Assembly: GCA_036404515.1 (NCBI GenBank)
Contig: DASWZK010000071.1
Span: 10,704 to 74,703, forward strand
DNA: 64,000 nucleotides
Direction of reading: 5' to 3'
Source: Candidatus Limnocylindrales bacterium
GTDB taxonomy: Bacteria > Chloroflexota > Limnocylindria > Limnocylindrales > CSP1-4
Shown: one piece after another, positions 36,921 through 47,626 of the stretch
How positions within the stretch are numbered: the stretch's first letter is position 1
Layout: each line of letters begins with the position of its first letter
Notes under the pieces: model-generated
The model's input: the letters and a program-made list of their open reading frames with translations, nothing else
Told to the model about the DNA's origin: nothing
Databases searched by the model: none
Program-made: the position numbers and the translations under genes

Positions 36921-37547
36921 GTGACCGCCGGAGAGCGGCTCGTGGTCGGCCAGGTCCGTGGCTTCCATGGGCTGCGTGGCACCGTCCGTGTCGAGTCACT
37001 TACCGACCGGCCCGAAGAGCGTTTCGTCGTGGGTCGCGCCCTCTTCAAGGAGGGCGGAGACGACCAGTTGACGGTCGTGCAGGCCGATGCCGACGCGATC
37101 GGGTGGCGCCTGCGCTTCGCCGAGGTACGGGACCGGACTGCAGCCGAGGCGCTTCGTGACGTCTATCTCGAGGCAATCGTGGCCCCCGGCGAGGAATTGC
37201 CGCGCGGCGAATTCTACTGGCACGAGGTCGTCGGCGCGTCGGTGAACGACGTGGACGGCACGACGCTGGGCAAGGTCGTCGACATTTACCGCGCCGGTGG
37301 CGCTGAAGTCGTCATCGTCCACGGCGCTGCCGGCGAGCTGGACATCCCGCTGGTCCGATCTGTCGTGCGCATCTTCGCTCCAGCTCGAGGCGAGATCGTG
37401 GTCGATGGCGATGCGCTGGGGCTGCGTGGCGATGAGGCAGCCCGCGAGGCGCAGGCTCCCGGTGAGCCCGAGGTACCCAGCGAGGTTGATGTCCCCGTCG
37501 AGGTCGAGGGACCGACAGCCGAAGGCGAGCCCGGCGACCGCATATGA
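36921..37547 (+). CDS. rimM: 16S rRNA processing protein RimM
   Basis: VVGQVRGFHGLRGTVRVESLTDRPEERF and GEFYWHEVVG motifs. Confidence 0.85.
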   Translation: MTAGERLVVGQVRGFHGLRGTVRVESLTDRPEERFVVGRALFKEGGDDQLTVVQADADAIGWRLRFAEVRDRTAAEALRDVYLEAIVAPGEELPRGEFYWHEVVGASVNDVDGTTLGKVVDIYRAGGAEVVIVHGAAGELDIPLVRSVVRIFAPARGEIVVDGDALGLRGDEAAREAQAPGEPEVPSEVDVPVEVEGPTAEGEPGDRI

Positions 37548-38425
37548 GCGAAGGCCGCGATCCGAGAGATTGGGCGGGCGAGGGAGACAGTCCGCCCCCC
37601 GGCTCAGGTTCTCACTTACGCCTCGAGATCGAGATCTTGACGTTGTTCCCGGGCATGTTGTCCGGGCCGCTCGCGGAGAGCATCCCGGGTCGCGTGCAGT
37701 CACGCGGTCTGGCGACGATTCGGGTCCACGACCTGCGCCAGTGGGGCCTTGGCCGCCACAAGACGGTCGACGACTATACCTACGGCGGGGGTGCCGGTAT
37801 GGTGCTGCGGCCCGAGCCGGTGGCAGCTGCTCTTGGCGTACTCAAGCGCCCCGACAGCACCGTCATCCTGCCCGACCCGGGCGGAGAGGTGTTCGGGCAA
37901 GCCCGTGCCCACTCTCTGGCGAGGCGTGGGCACCTGATTATCCTCTGCCCTCGCTACGAAGGCGTCGATGAGCGCGTACGGTCGATGATCGACCTGGAGC
38001 TGTCCATCGGAGACTACGTCCTCTCCGGCGGCGAGATACCGGCGCTGGTCGTCGTCGACACAATCCTGCGGCTCTTGCCGGGGGCCATAGACGCCGAGTC
38101 CACGGCCGAGGAATCGTTCGCAGAGGGCCTGCTCGAGTACCCCCAGTACACGCGCCCGCCGGTCTTCGCAGAGATGGCGGTTCCGGCGGTGCTGACGAGC
38201 GGACACCATGAGGAGGTCCGCAGGTGGCGTCTCAAGGAATCGTTGCGGCGGACGCGGCGGCGTCGACCGGAGCTTCTCGAGCATCGGCCGACGACGCGCG
38301 AGGAGGCCAAGCTGCTGGCGCAAGTCCTCGACGAGGAGGACGCTGCCGCCGCAGAAGCGGCGCAGCCAGATTCGAGCGAAGCGGCCGGGGGCGCGGCGAC
38401 CGCGTGGAAGGGCGAAGGCGGGTAA
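37544..38425 (+). CDS. trmD: tRNA (guanine37-N1)-methyltransferase
   Basis: LTLFPGMLSGPL, VDDYTYGGGAGMV, YEGVDERV and SIGDYVLSGGE motifs. ATGA overlap with rimM. Confidence 0.9.
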   Translation: MSEGRDPRDWAGEGDSPPPGSGSHLRLEIEILTLFPGMLSGPLAESIPGRVQSRGLATIRVHDLRQWGLGRHKTVDDYTYGGGAGMVLRPEPVAAALGVLKRPDSTVILPDPGGEVFGQARAHSLARRGHLIILCPRYEGVDERVRSMIDLELSIGDYVLSGGEIPALVVVDTILRLLPGAIDAESTAEESFAEGLLEYPQYTRPPVFAEMAVPAVLTSGHHEEVRRWRLKESLRRTRRRRPELLEHRPTTREEAKLLAQVLDEEDAAAAEAAQPDSSEAAGGAATAWKGEGG

Positions 38426-38838
38426 CCAGGCAACTGCAAACTCCTGTAGCGCGAGACCAGGACCGCAGGCCGTCATGGTCGCCGCTGGACCTCAGGACGG
38501 CGCCAGAGTGGCTGTCTTCGCGCTCTGAATCGTGCGTCTGCGCTTCACTCCGGCAGTTCGCCGTCGGACGGTGCATGGCCGGGTGCAAGCGCCGTTGGCA
38601 GATAATATGACGTTGGGAGCTGCGACTGGCCGCATGTCCGCTGTTCCGCAACTGCCAGTCGGCGGCGATGCCGCCAACTTGAGCCGCCATACCCGATGCC
38701 GCCAATAAGCGCGGTTGTGCTATTCTTCGCCGTCGGTCGCCCAGGCGGCCTCTTCCGCTGTACCTTCGTCGCAGCCGGGCTGCGGGCCACGTAGCCATCG
38801 CAGCGCTGTCGCGCCGCCGCAAGAAGTAGGGATCGATT

Positions 38839-39189
38839 GTGAACGTGCTCGAAGAGATCACCCAGGAACAGATCCGGACCGACATTCCGGAACTCAGCCC
38901 GGGCGACACCGTGCGCGTTTCGGCCCGGGTCGTCGAAGGCACCCGCGAGCGCATCCAGGTCTTCGAGGGCACCGTCATGCGTATGCGCGCCGGTGGGATC
39001 CAGAAGTCGATCACGGTCCGCCGCATCGCCAGCGGTGTGGGCGTGGAGCGCACCTTCAAGATCAATAGCCCGCGCATCGACAAGATTGAGGTCGTGCGCC
39101 ACGGCCAGGCTCGCCGCGCTCAGCTCTACTTCCTGCGCAAGCGCGTTGGCAAGGCCGCCACGCTGCGTGAGCGCCGAACCAACAGCTAG
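38839..39189 (+). CDS. rplS: 50S ribosomal protein L19
   Basis: [31 protein letters not shown]...SGVGVERTF...[13 protein letters not shown]. Confidence 0.9.
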   Translation: MNVLEEITQEQIRTDIPELSPGDTVRVSARVVEGTRERIQVFEGTVMRMRAGGIQKSITVRRIASGVGVERTFKINSPRIDKIEVVRHGQARRAQLYFLRKRVGKAATLRERRTNS

Positions 39190-39203
39190 GAATCCGGAGC
39201 GAC

Positions 39204-40043
39204 ATGCCAGGTGCCCGTCGCTCAATCGGTTCGGTCGAGGACCCCGTTCGGTCGCCCTCAGGGGCGCGGCGGGGTCCCACTGTTCTTGCGCCCGGCTCGC
39301 TTGGCGGTCGAATCGAAGTTGCCGTCTGGCACCACCCCCGTTTGGACCCAGACTTCGCCGAGGAACGTGTCTTGTGGTCTCGAGGCTACCGGCACGTTGC
39401 CGGAATCGACGAGGTCGGTCGAGGTTGCCTCGCCGGTCCAGTCGCAGCAGCGGCGGTCATTCTTCCGCCCGATTGGAAGCCATTCGGCCTACGCGATTCC
39501 AAGCTCCTCAAACCCGAGGTCAGGCGCCGGCTCGACATCGAGATCAGGGCTCACGCCCTGGCCTGGTCGATCGCGTTCGTGGGGCCGGAGCTGATCGACC
39601 GCATCAACATCCTCCAGGCGACGCTTCTCGCCAGCACTCTCGCGGCGGCACGCCTGCCAATCAGACCGGATGCGCTGCTGCTGGACGCGGTGGCGCTGCC
39701 AGAAGTGCCGATTCATCAGCGCGTTCTGGTTTCCGCCGACCGGCTGTGCGCCTCGGTCGCTGCCGCATCCGTAATCGCCAAAGTGGCTCGCGACCGTCTC
39801 ATGGAGGAGTACGACGCGCTTTATCCGGGTTACGACCTAGCCCGGAACAAGGGCTACGCGGCCCCCGGGCATCGGGCCGGGCTCGACTCCCATGGCCTGA
39901 GCCCGATCCACCGGCTTACGTTCGCGCCATGCCGTGATCGGGAGCAAATGACGCTGTGGCAGGATTCCGGAGCGGACGCGATCGGGCACGACGACGGGGC
40001 GAACGAGACAGACGACCTCGAGGTTGCCGAACCGATCGACTAG
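39204..40043 (+). CDS. rnhB: Ribonuclease HII
   Basis: GIDEVGRGCLAGPV and DSKLL motifs, plus a C-terminal GYAAPGHRAGL motif. The start is uncertain (ATG 39204 has GGAG 4 nt upstream). Confidence 0.85.
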   Translation: MPGARRSIGSVEDPVRSPSGARRGPTVLAPGSLGGRIEVAVWHHPRLDPDFAEERVLWSRGYRHVAGIDEVGRGCLAGPVAAAAVILPPDWKPFGLRDSKLLKPEVRRRLDIEIRAHALAWSIAFVGPELIDRINILQATLLASTLAAARLPIRPDALLLDAVALPEVPIHQRVLVSADRLCASVAAASVIAKVARDRLMEEYDALYPGYDLARNKGYAAPGHRAGLDSHGLSPIHRLTFAPCRDREQMTLWQDSGADAIGHDDGANETDDLEVAEPID

Positions 40044-40494
40044 CGCGCCGCCAGAGGCAGTGGGTCGATTGAGCCAGGGCGGAACTTCGTCGGCGTCGGG
40101 CAGGCGGACGAGCCGGCAGCGAGCCGGCGACGCCGCCGAAAGTCTGGTGGCCAGCTTGCTGGCCGGCCGGGGCTGGACGGTCCTGGCTCGGAACGTCCAC
40201 GTTGGCCGAAGCGAGTTGGACATCGTGGCTGTCGACCCGGGGCCGCCGTCGCGGCTCGTGGTCGTCGAGGTCCGCTGGCGCAGATCGCAGGGCTTCGGCA
40301 GACCCGAGGAGTCGTTCGACGGCCGAAAGCGGGCGCAGATGCGGGTCGGTGTAGCCCGCCTTCTGGAACGGGGTGGTTTGCCGGGCGGATCTTCGTTGCC
40401 GTCGCTGCCAGTAGCCGTGGATCTGGCGATCGTGGAGCCCGGGCCTGAAGGCCGGGCTCGCGTCCTTCTCTACCGGAACGCCCTGAGCGATTAG
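40024..40494 (+). CDS. YraN-family (UPF0102) endonuclease-like protein
   Basis: [37 protein letters not shown]...VVVEVRWR. The start is uncertain (TTG 40024 or GTG 40060). Confidence 0.7.
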   Translation: MPNRSTSAPPEAVGRLSQGGTSSASGRRTSRQRAGDAAESLVASLLAGRGWTVLARNVHVGRSELDIVAVDPGPPSRLVVVEVRWRRSQGFGRPEESFDGRKRAQMRVGVARLLERGGLPGGSSLPSLPVAVDLAIVEPGPEGRARVLLYRNALSD

Positions 40495-40516
40495 GCTCGG
40501 GAGCCGCACGCCACTG

Positions 40517-40525
40517 TGCTACACT
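40517..40525 (+). promoter_or_regulatory. Candidate extended -10 promoter element upstream of rpsB
   Basis: TGCTACACT (TGn + TACACT) in the 202-nt yraN-rpsB gap, about 170 nt upstream of the rpsB ATG. Confidence 0.3.
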
Positions 40526-40696
40526 CCGCGCCGGTCGTCGCGTCGCGATGGCTCCCGCTTCGGGCTCGCCGCAAGGCGGCCGGAGGCGGAGATCACACGC
40601 AGGGCCGCAATGTCGAGAGCGGTGCCGGACGAGCCTTCGAGGCTCCCGGTTCTCGGCAGGAGCGCTGCGGAGGAAGCAACCGCAGGAGGTTCGTTC

Positions 40697-41602
40697 ATGC
40701 CTTCCGTATCGATGCGACAGCTCCTGGAGGCCGGCATCCATTTCGGCCACCAGACTCGTCGCTGGAATCCCAAGATGCGCCCGTTCATATTCGCGGAGCG
40801 CAACGGGATCCATATCATCGACCTCGCCCAGACGGTCAAGCGGCTCGATGTCGCGCTGGACGCTGCCAAGGAAACTGTCGCCCGTGGCGACAGCGTGCTG
40901 TTCATTGGCACGAAAAAGCAAGCCCAGGAGCCCATCGCCCAGGAAGCCACCCGAGCCGGCCAGCCCTACGTTAATCGACGGTGGCTCGGCGGGATGCTGA
41001 CTAACTTCCTCACCATCAAGAAGCGCATCGCCCTGCTCGACCAGCTTGAAGCCCGCCAGGCCAGCGGTGACTTCGAGCGACTTACGAAGAAGGAAACGGC
41101 GAAGCTCGTCGAGGAGATGGAGCACCTGCGCGACCACTTCGGCGGTATCCGGAAGATGAAGCGCCTGCCCGGCATGGTCTTCATCGTCGACCCGCATCGC
41201 GAGCGGATCGCCGTGACCGAGGCTCGCAAGCTCGAGCTCCCGATCATCGGCACCGGCGACACGAACGTCGACCCCGACGAGCTCGACTACATCATCCCCG
41301 CCAACGACGACGCCATCCGCGCTATCCGGCTGCTCTGCCAGCTCGTGGCCGATGCCTGTGTGGAAGGTCAACGCGAGCGCGGCATCCGGGCAAACGCCGA
41401 AGCGGAGGCTCCAGAGGCGTCGGCCGAGGCCGAGATCGGGATCGAGGAGGCTGCATCCGAAGAGCTCGTTGCGGCCCTTGCGGGAGGCGGAGCTCTCACA
41501 TTCGAGCCCGACCTCGACGAGGAGGAAGTCCTGCTGCCTGGCGTGCGGGTTCCGTCCCACCCACGCGATGCCGAGGGCGAAGTGGCTCCACGGTCCCACT
41601 GA
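40697..41602 (+). CDS. rpsB: 30S ribosomal protein S2 with an acidic C-terminal extension
   Basis: [22 protein letters not shown] and GGMLTNF motifs. GCAGGAGG lies upstream of ATG 40697. Confidence 0.9.
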   Translation: MPSVSMRQLLEAGIHFGHQTRRWNPKMRPFIFAERNGIHIIDLAQTVKRLDVALDAAKETVARGDSVLFIGTKKQAQEPIAQEATRAGQPYVNRRWLGGMLTNFLTIKKRIALLDQLEARQASGDFERLTKKETAKLVEEMEHLRDHFGGIRKMKRLPGMVFIVDPHRERIAVTEARKLELPIIGTGDTNVDPDELDYIIPANDDAIRAIRLLCQLVADACVEGQRERGIRANAEAEAPEASAEAEIGIEEAASEELVAALAGGGALTFEPDLDEEEVLLPGVRVPSHPRDAEGEVAPRSH

Positions 41603-41682
41603 GTTAGCGACGATTCGCCGCGCCGCGCTCTCCCGAGATCCGGGTGGCCGGCAGGCGACGACCACAGGAGAACGACACAACG

Positions 41683-42276
41683 ATGGCGACGATCACTGCG
41701 GAGACCGTCAAGACCCTCCGCGAACAGAGCGGCGCGGGCGTCATGGATTGCAAGCGCGCGCTCGAGGAAGCCGGCGGCGACCTCGAGAAGGCCGCGGCCT
41801 TGCTGCGCGAACGCGGCCAGGCGGCTGCGGCCAAGCGCGCCGGTCGCGAAGCGAACGAGGGCCAGATCGGCAGTTACATCCACACGGGTGGCAAGATCGG
41901 CGTACTCGTGGAAGTCAACTGCGAGACGGACTTCGTTGCCCGAACTGATGAGTTCCAACGGCTGGTCCGCGATCTGGCCATCCAGGTCGCCGGGCTCCGA
42001 CCGTTGTACACGACCATCGACGCGATCCCGGCGGTCGATCTAGAGGCCAAGCGCGCGGCGCTTCTGGCGGACAAGACGACGCTGAAGAAGCCGGAGGCGG
42101 TCCGGGCGCAGATCGTCGAAGGTCAGCTCAAGAAGTGGTTTGCCGAGGTCGTGCTCGTGGAGCAGCCCTTCCGTGACCAGGATCGCACCGTTGGCGACTT
42201 AGTCACTGAAGCAATCGCCAAGACCGGCGAGAATATCAAGGTGCGACGCTTCGTCCGGTTCGAACTGGGGGAATAG
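41683..42276 (+). CDS. tsf: Elongation factor Ts (short form)
   Basis: ITAETVKTLREQSGAGVMDCKRALEEAGGDLEKA UBA-like N-terminus and VEVNCETDFVART. Confidence 0.9.
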   Translation: MATITAETVKTLREQSGAGVMDCKRALEEAGGDLEKAAALLRERGQAAAAKRAGREANEGQIGSYIHTGGKIGVLVEVNCETDFVARTDEFQRLVRDLAIQVAGLRPLYTTIDAIPAVDLEAKRAALLADKTTLKKPEAVRAQIVEGQLKKWFAEVVLVEQPFRDQDRTVGDLVTEAIAKTGENIKVRRFVRFELGE

Positions 42277-43074
42277 ATGAGCGAGGCCACTGCGGCCAAA
42301 GGCGAGGCTGCCGGTGCGATTGAATCTGGGCCGGCGGCCGGAAGTGCGAAGGGACCGCGTTATCGGCGCATCCTGCTGAAGTTGTCGGGTGAGGCGCTCC
42401 TCGGCAGCCGGCAGTACGGTGTCGATCCAGATTTCTGCGCCTTCATCGCGGCGCAGGTCGCGGAAGTCCATAGCACCGGGATCGAGATCGGAATCGTCGT
42501 TGGAGGCGGGAACATATTCCGGGGCCTGGCGGCGGCGGCCAAAGGGATGGACCGTGCCACCGGCGACTATATGGGCATGCTGGCCACGGTCATGAACGCC
42601 CTGGCGTTGCAGGATGCCATCGAGAAGGCCGGCGTGCCGACGCGCGTTATGAGCGCCATCGGCATGAACGAGATCGCGGAACCTTACATCCGGCGCCGCG
42701 CCGTCCGCCACCTCGAAAAGGGCCGGGTGGTCATCCTGGCCGCCGGCACCGGCAACCCGTATTTCACGACGGACACGGCCGCCGCGTTGCGAGCTGTGGA
42801 GATCGGGGCCGAGATCATCCTGAAGGCCACCAGGGTGGATGGGGTCTACGACTCGGATCCGTTGACGAACCCGGGTGCGAGACGCTACGACCGCCTCACG
42901 TACTCCCAGGTTCTGGCCCAGCGGTTGCGCGTGCTGGACGCCACGGCCGTGTCGCTGTGCATGGAGAACGACACGCCGATCGTGGTCTTCGATCTGAACA
43001 AGCCCGAGAACATCACCCGAGTCGCTGCCGGCGAGCCAGTCGGCACCTTGATAACCGGAGGCGGCCCCGCATGA
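42277..43074 (+). CDS. pyrH: UMP kinase
   Basis: [40 protein letters not shown] and [11 protein letters not shown] motifs. Confidence 0.9.
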   Translation: MSEATAAKGEAAGAIESGPAAGSAKGPRYRRILLKLSGEALLGSRQYGVDPDFCAFIAAQVAEVHSTGIEIGIVVGGGNIFRGLAAAAKGMDRATGDYMGMLATVMNALALQDAIEKAGVPTRVMSAIGMNEIAEPYIRRRAVRHLEKGRVVILAAGTGNPYFTTDTAAALRAVEIGAEIILKATRVDGVYDSDPLTNPGARRYDRLTYSQVLAQRLRVLDATAVSLCMENDTPIVVFDLNKPENITRVAAGEPVGTLITGGGPA

Positions 43075-43628
43075 GCAGCGAGACGTTGTCGGCCACTGAG
43101 CACAAGATGGCCCGGGCCGTGGAGGTTCTCGAGCGCGATCTGCAGGGCGTTCGGACTGGCCGCGCCTCGACCTCGCTGGTCGAGCGGGTGATGGTCGAGT
43201 ACTACGGAACGCCAACGGCCCTCAACCAGCTAGCTGGCATCAACGTGCCCGAGGCCCACCAGATCGTCATTCAGCCGTGGGACCGCGGCGTCCTCGGAGC
43301 CATCGAAAAGGCGATCATCAGGAGCGATATAGGCCTCGTCCCGAACGTCGACGGCGCCGTCGTGAGGTTGAACATCCCGCCTCTCACCGAGGAGCGACGA
43401 AAGGACCTCGTGAAGCAGGTTCACAAACGCATGGAGGAGGCCCGGGTAGAGATCCGGAACCTCCGCCGTGAGGCCGCCGATGGGTTGAAGAAGGAAGAGC
43501 ACGAAGGCACCATCGGCACCGACGAGTCTCGGCGAGAGCTCGAGCAGCTGCAGCGGATCACGGACAAACACATTGTCGACGTGGACCACGTCGGCGCAGC
43601 CAAGGAACAGGAGATCCTGGAGGTCTAG
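43071..43628 (+). CDS. frr: Ribosome recycling factor
   Basis: [33 protein letters not shown] and [13 protein letters not shown] motifs. ATGA overlap with pyrH. Confidence 0.9.
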   Translation: MSSETLSATEHKMARAVEVLERDLQGVRTGRASTSLVERVMVEYYGTPTALNQLAGINVPEAHQIVIQPWDRGVLGAIEKAIIRSDIGLVPNVDGAVVRLNIPPLTEERRKDLVKQVHKRMEEARVEIRNLRREAADGLKKEEHEGTIGTDESRRELEQLQRITDKHIVDVDHVGAAKEQEILEV

Positions 43629-44446
43629 TGGCCCGCCGGATTTCCCGCCCGACCGACTCCCCGGCGCGCGTTCACCGCGAGTCGAAGGCGACGGTAGACC
43701 AGGGGGCGGGACCGCCTTCGTCTCCTGACGCGACGCCGACCGAAGCCTTCCCGGTACACGAGGAAGAGCTACCGCGCCACGTGGCCATAATCATGGACGG
43801 CAACCGGCGCTGGGCGAAGGCGCGCGGTCTGACCGAGATGGAGGGCCACGCGGCCGGCGTCGAAGCGATTCGAGAGATCATTCGCCATGCCGTGCGCCGC
43901 GGCATCGGTGTTCTCTCTCTTTACGCCTTCAGCCGCGAGAACTGGGCCCGCTCCGACGAGGAAGTCAGGGGCCTGTTCTCATTGCTTGAGAACGTCATTC
44001 GCAACGAAACCGCTGAACTCAACCGGCAGGGCGCCAGGGTTCGGCTCCTCGGTCGCATCGAGGAACTTCCGCCCGCGACACGCGCATCGATTCAACAGGC
44101 CATTGAGGCCACGGCCGGCGGCACGCGGTTGCAGCTCAACATCGCCTTCAACTACTCGGGCCGGACCGAGTTGGTGGACGCTGCCCGCGAACTCGTTGCA
44201 CGTGGCGTTCGACCGGAGGAGATCGACGAGGATGTGCTGGCCGGCGCTCTCTACACCGCCGGCCTGCCCGACCCGGACATCGTCATTCGGACTGGTGGCG
44301 ACGAGCGACTGTCCAACTTCCTGATATGGCAGGCTGCTTACGCGGAGTTCTATTTCAGTTTGATCCTCTGGCCCGACTTCGGCCCGGATGCCTTCGACGC
44401 CGCGCTGGTCGAGTACGCGAGCCGGCAGCGGCGGTTCGGCCGGTAG
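43628..44446 (+). CDS. uppS: Undecaprenyl (isoprenyl) diphosphate synthase
   Basis: HVAIIMDGNRRWA, FSRENWARS, RTGGDERLSNFLIWQAAYAEF motifs. The N-terminal ~45 aa are non-conserved. Confidence 0.88.
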   Translation: MARRISRPTDSPARVHRESKATVDQGAGPPSSPDATPTEAFPVHEEELPRHVAIIMDGNRRWAKARGLTEMEGHAAGVEAIREIIRHAVRRGIGVLSLYAFSRENWARSDEEVRGLFSLLENVIRNETAELNRQGARVRLLGRIEELPPATRASIQQAIEATAGGTRLQLNIAFNYSGRTELVDAARELVARGVRPEEIDEDVLAGALYTAGLPDPDIVIRTGGDERLSNFLIWQAAYAEFYFSLILWPDFGPDAFDAALVEYASRQRRFGR

Positions 44447-44454
44447 GGGATCGG

Positions 44455-45282
44455 ATGCGTCAAAGGGCGCTCAGCGCCGCCTTCTTCGTTCCACCCCTGC
44501 TCTTCGTGGTTGCCCTCGGGGAGCCATGGTTCGGAGCGCTGATCGCCGTCTTCGTCGCCGTCGCAGCCTGGGAGGCGGTCCGGCTGATGCGTAGCGCAGG
44601 CTATCCGGCCGTGCCCGCCCTGGCCGTCGCCGGCGGGCTGGCAGTGGCCGCGGACGTGGCGTCGGTTGAGCAGCTGCGTCCGTACGCAGATCTGCTGGTG
44701 GCGGCCGTGCTGATCGTAAGCGGCGTCGCCGCATTCGCGGAGAAGGACGCGAGAGTGAGCTTCGCTGCGTGGATGGCGACTGCGTTCACGGCCGTGTACG
44801 TGGGCATGCTCGGGGGTCTGGTTCGCCTCGGCCAGGTCGCGCCGCCGCTACCCGTGACCGCGCCCGCGGCCCAGTTGGGATCCGAGCGAGGCTGGATCCT
44901 GCTGGTGATTGTTCTCGTCTGGTCCTTCGACACGGGCGCCTACTGTGTCGGCACCGCCCTGGGCAAGCGAAAGTTCCTCTTGCACATCTCCCCGTCGAAG
45001 AGCTACTGGGGCCTGTTCGGGGGCCTTGCCGCCTCCACGGCCGTCGCCGCAGCCGGGCTGTGGGCTCTTGGCCAGCCGGCAGTCATGGGCCTGGCGCTCG
45101 GTCCGCTCGTTGGGGCCGTGGCCCAGGCCGGCGACTTGGCCGAGTCGATGCTGAAACGCGCCGCGGGCGCCAAGGACTCCGGCGGACTGATCCCGGGCCA
45201 CGGGGGCATACTGGACCGCGTGGACTCGTTCATCTTCGCGGCGCCGGTGTCAGCGTTGTTCGTCGCGGCGCTGGTTCGCTGA
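44455..45282 (+). CDS. cdsA: Phosphatidate cytidylyltransferase
   Basis: Polytopic membrane protein with the SMLKRAAGAKDSGGLIPGHGGILDRVDS signature. I took the start at ATG 44455, after the uppS stop. Confidence 0.8.
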   Translation: MRQRALSAAFFVPPLLFVVALGEPWFGALIAVFVAVAAWEAVRLMRSAGYPAVPALAVAGGLAVAADVASVEQLRPYADLLVAAVLIVSGVAAFAEKDARVSFAAWMATAFTAVYVGMLGGLVRLGQVAPPLPVTAPAAQLGSERGWILLVIVLVWSFDTGAYCVGTALGKRKFLLHISPSKSYWGLFGGLAASTAVAAAGLWALGQPAVMGLALGPLVGAVAQAGDLAESMLKRAAGAKDSGGLIPGHGGILDRVDSFIFAAPVSALFVAALVR

Positions 45283-46524
45283 GTGGCGACATGGAACGTA
45301 CGGGGAGGCACCGGCAAGGGCAGTCAGCCCATTCGGGTTGCGCTCCTGGGTTCGGGCGGCTCGATCGGGCGCCAGGCCGTGGACGTGCTGGTTCGCAACT
45401 CAGAGGCATTTCGAGTTGTAGCCCTGGCCACCGGGTCGCAGGGCCAGATCCTCGAGGAGCAGGCGCGGCTGCTGAGACCGGCCGTTGTGGCTCTGGCTGA
45501 TGGTCGGTCGGCCGCGCGGCTGGATCTCCCCGCCGGCACGGAGTTCCTCGGCGGGCCGGACGCCCTCGAGATGCTGGCCACTCGCCCTGACGTGGATCTG
45601 GTGGTGGTGGCGACTGGCGGGCTGGTTGCGCTGCGGTCCGTGCTCGCGGCCCTTGAGGTGGGCAAGGTCGTGGCCACGGCCAACAAGGAGACTCTCGTCG
45701 CCGGCGGCCATCTGGTCATGCCGCTCGTCCGCCGTCTGGCGGCCGGCACCCTCGGGGCGACCGGCGACCGGCATCATCCGCTCGGCAGCCCTCTGGGCTG
45801 GCTGCGGCCGATCGACTCGGAGCACTCGGCGATCTGGCAATGCCTGGCCGGGGAAGATCACTCCGCCATCGATCGTCTGCTGCTCACCGCGTCGGGCGGA
45901 CCCTTCCTCGATGCCAGCGTCGCGGACCTCGCGACAGTCACACCCGAACGGGCGCTGCGTCACCCCACCTGGACGATGGGGGCGAAGATCACGATCGACT
46001 CGGCAACTCTTGCCAATAAGGGCCTGGAGATGATCGAAGCACGCTGGCTGTACGATGTGCCACTCTCGGCCATCTCGGTCGTAGTACACCCTCAAAGTGT
46101 CGTCCACTCGGCCGTGCAGTTCGTGGACGGCTGCGTGAAGGCACAGCTGGGGACTCCGGATATGCGGCTCCCTATCCAGTACGCTCTGACCTACCCGGCG
46201 CGGGCGCCCTCGGCGGCGACCGCCGTGGATCTGATCGCGGCCGGCCGACTCGAGTTCCGCGCCCCCGACGAAGGGCGCTTCCCGGCGCTGCGTATCGCTC
46301 GTGAGGCGGGCCTGGCGGGCCCGCGGGCCAGCACAGCCCTGATATCGGCGGATGAGGTCGCCGTGGCCCGGTTCCTGGGTGGCAGCCTCGATTTCGTCGC
46401 CATTCCGCGTTTGCTCGGCGCCGCAGTTGAACGCTTCGCTTCCGGTGAGCCGACGGAGCCGTCGCTCGAGCAGCTTGTCAAGCTTGACGCCGAGGTTCGG
46501 CAGTTCGCCGAGGCTTACCGATGA
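45283..46524 (+). CDS. dxr: 1-deoxy-D-xylulose 5-phosphate reductoisomerase
   Basis: VALLGSGGSIGRQA, NKETLV, IDSEHSAIWQCL, LTASGGPF and HPTWTMG motifs. Confidence 0.9.
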   Translation: MATWNVRGGTGKGSQPIRVALLGSGGSIGRQAVDVLVRNSEAFRVVALATGSQGQILEEQARLLRPAVVALADGRSAARLDLPAGTEFLGGPDALEMLATRPDVDLVVVATGGLVALRSVLAALEVGKVVATANKETLVAGGHLVMPLVRRLAAGTLGATGDRHHPLGSPLGWLRPIDSEHSAIWQCLAGEDHSAIDRLLLTASGGPFLDASVADLATVTPERALRHPTWTMGAKITIDSATLANKGLEMIEARWLYDVPLSAISVVVHPQSVVHSAVQFVDGCVKAQLGTPDMRLPIQYALTYPARAPSAATAVDLIAAGRLEFRAPDEGRFPALRIAREAGLAGPRASTALISADEVAVARFLGGSLDFVAIPRLLGAAVERFASGEPTEPSLEQLVKLDAEVRQFAEAYR

Positions 46525-47624
46525 GCCTCGACGGCCTGCTCTTCTGGGCAGTCGCGATACCGGTCCTGCTGCTGATACTCGTTCCGCTGGTTCTGGTTCA
46601 CGAGCTGGGCCACTTCATCATGGCGCGCCTTTCCGGGATCAGGGTCCTTGAGTTCGGCCTCGGCTTCCCGCCCCGGGCCAAGGTCCTGGGCCACGACCAC
46701 GAAACGGAGTACACGCTCAACTACCTTCCGATCGGTGGCTTCGTTCGTCTCGAGGGCGAGGAAACGAACTCAGACGATCCTCGCGCCTTCACGAACGCCC
46801 CGCTTCCCAAACAGCTCGTCGTCCTCGTGGCCGGAGTGGCCATGAACCTGCTGATGGCGTTCGTCCTGTTCTTCATCGTCGCCTGGGTCTTCAATCCAGT
46901 GGTGGAGCCGACCATAAGCTCGATAGTGACGGGCTCGCCGGCGGCGGCCGTGGGCCTTCAGTCCGGCGACTCTCTCATCTCGATCGACGGTCGGACCCAC
47001 TCCGTTCTCGAGTTCTCCGGCTCGGATTCCACGGCAGCCTGGCGACAGGATCTGCTGGATCACGGGGGACAGACCGTCCACCTCGTTGTGGCAAACGAGA
47101 CCGGCCAGCAGCGTACGGTGGTGGTGACATTGCGCGTACCGAAGGGAAACGAAGGCGCCCTTGGCGTGGGTATCGGGGGCTTCACACTCGCCAACACAGC
47201 CGGCAACCCGGTGGCCGCGGCCGGCCTGGCATTCACCGGGACCACTCGAGCGATGAACCTGATCCTCGGTGCGCTGGGCGCTCTGGGCACGCAGTTCGCA
47301 ACCAACCCCACCCAGAGTCCGCCCGGCGTGCAGGGCCCCGTTGGGATCGCCACGGATGTCGGCCACGTCGTTTCCCAGCCCGACGCCCTGATGCTTCTTC
47401 TGCTTATGGCGGCTGTGCTCTCGGCCAACCTGGCCCTGGTGAATGTCCTGCCCATCCCGGTCCTGGATGGCGGCAAGATGGTCATCATGGTCGTGAAGCG
47501 CGTCTTCGGCGCCAGGGGAGTCGGTGCCGTCGAGGCCTTTGCGTACATCGCCAGCTTCGCCTTGCTGCTGGGCTTTATCGGCTGGATAACCTATTTCGAC
47601 ATCGTGCGCGGCGGCGCTCCGTAG
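46521..47624 (+). CDS. rseP: RIP site-2 metalloprotease (RseP/M50 family) with one PDZ domain
   Basis: HELGHF zinc motif in TM1. PDZ-like region [21 protein letters not shown]-terminal [11 protein letters not shown]-type motif ([11 protein letters not shown]). Confidence 0.85.
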   Translation: MSLDGLLFWAVAIPVLLLILVPLVLVHELGHFIMARLSGIRVLEFGLGFPPRAKVLGHDHETEYTLNYLPIGGFVRLEGEETNSDDPRAFTNAPLPKQLVVLVAGVAMNLLMAFVLFFIVAWVFNPVVEPTISSIVTGSPAAAVGLQSGDSLISIDGRTHSVLEFSGSDSTAAWRQDLLDHGGQTVHLVVANETGQQRTVVVTLRVPKGNEGALGVGIGGFTLANTAGNPVAAAGLAFTGTTRAMNLILGALGALGTQFATNPTQSPPGVQGPVGIATDVGHVVSQPDALMLLLLMAAVLSANLALVNVLPIPVLDGGKMVIMVVKRVFGARGVGAVEAFAYIASFALLLGFIGWITYFDIVRGGAP

Positions 47625-47626
47625 GT

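Noticed and set aside
38608-38709. 33-codon ORF (MTLGAATGRMSAVPQLPVGGDAANLSRHTRCRQ) in the trmD-rplS gap.
   Set aside because: It has no SD, its third-position GC is clearly lower than in neighbouring genes, and it has no recognisable motif. I keep it as part of the unexplained-gap finding rather than as a gene.
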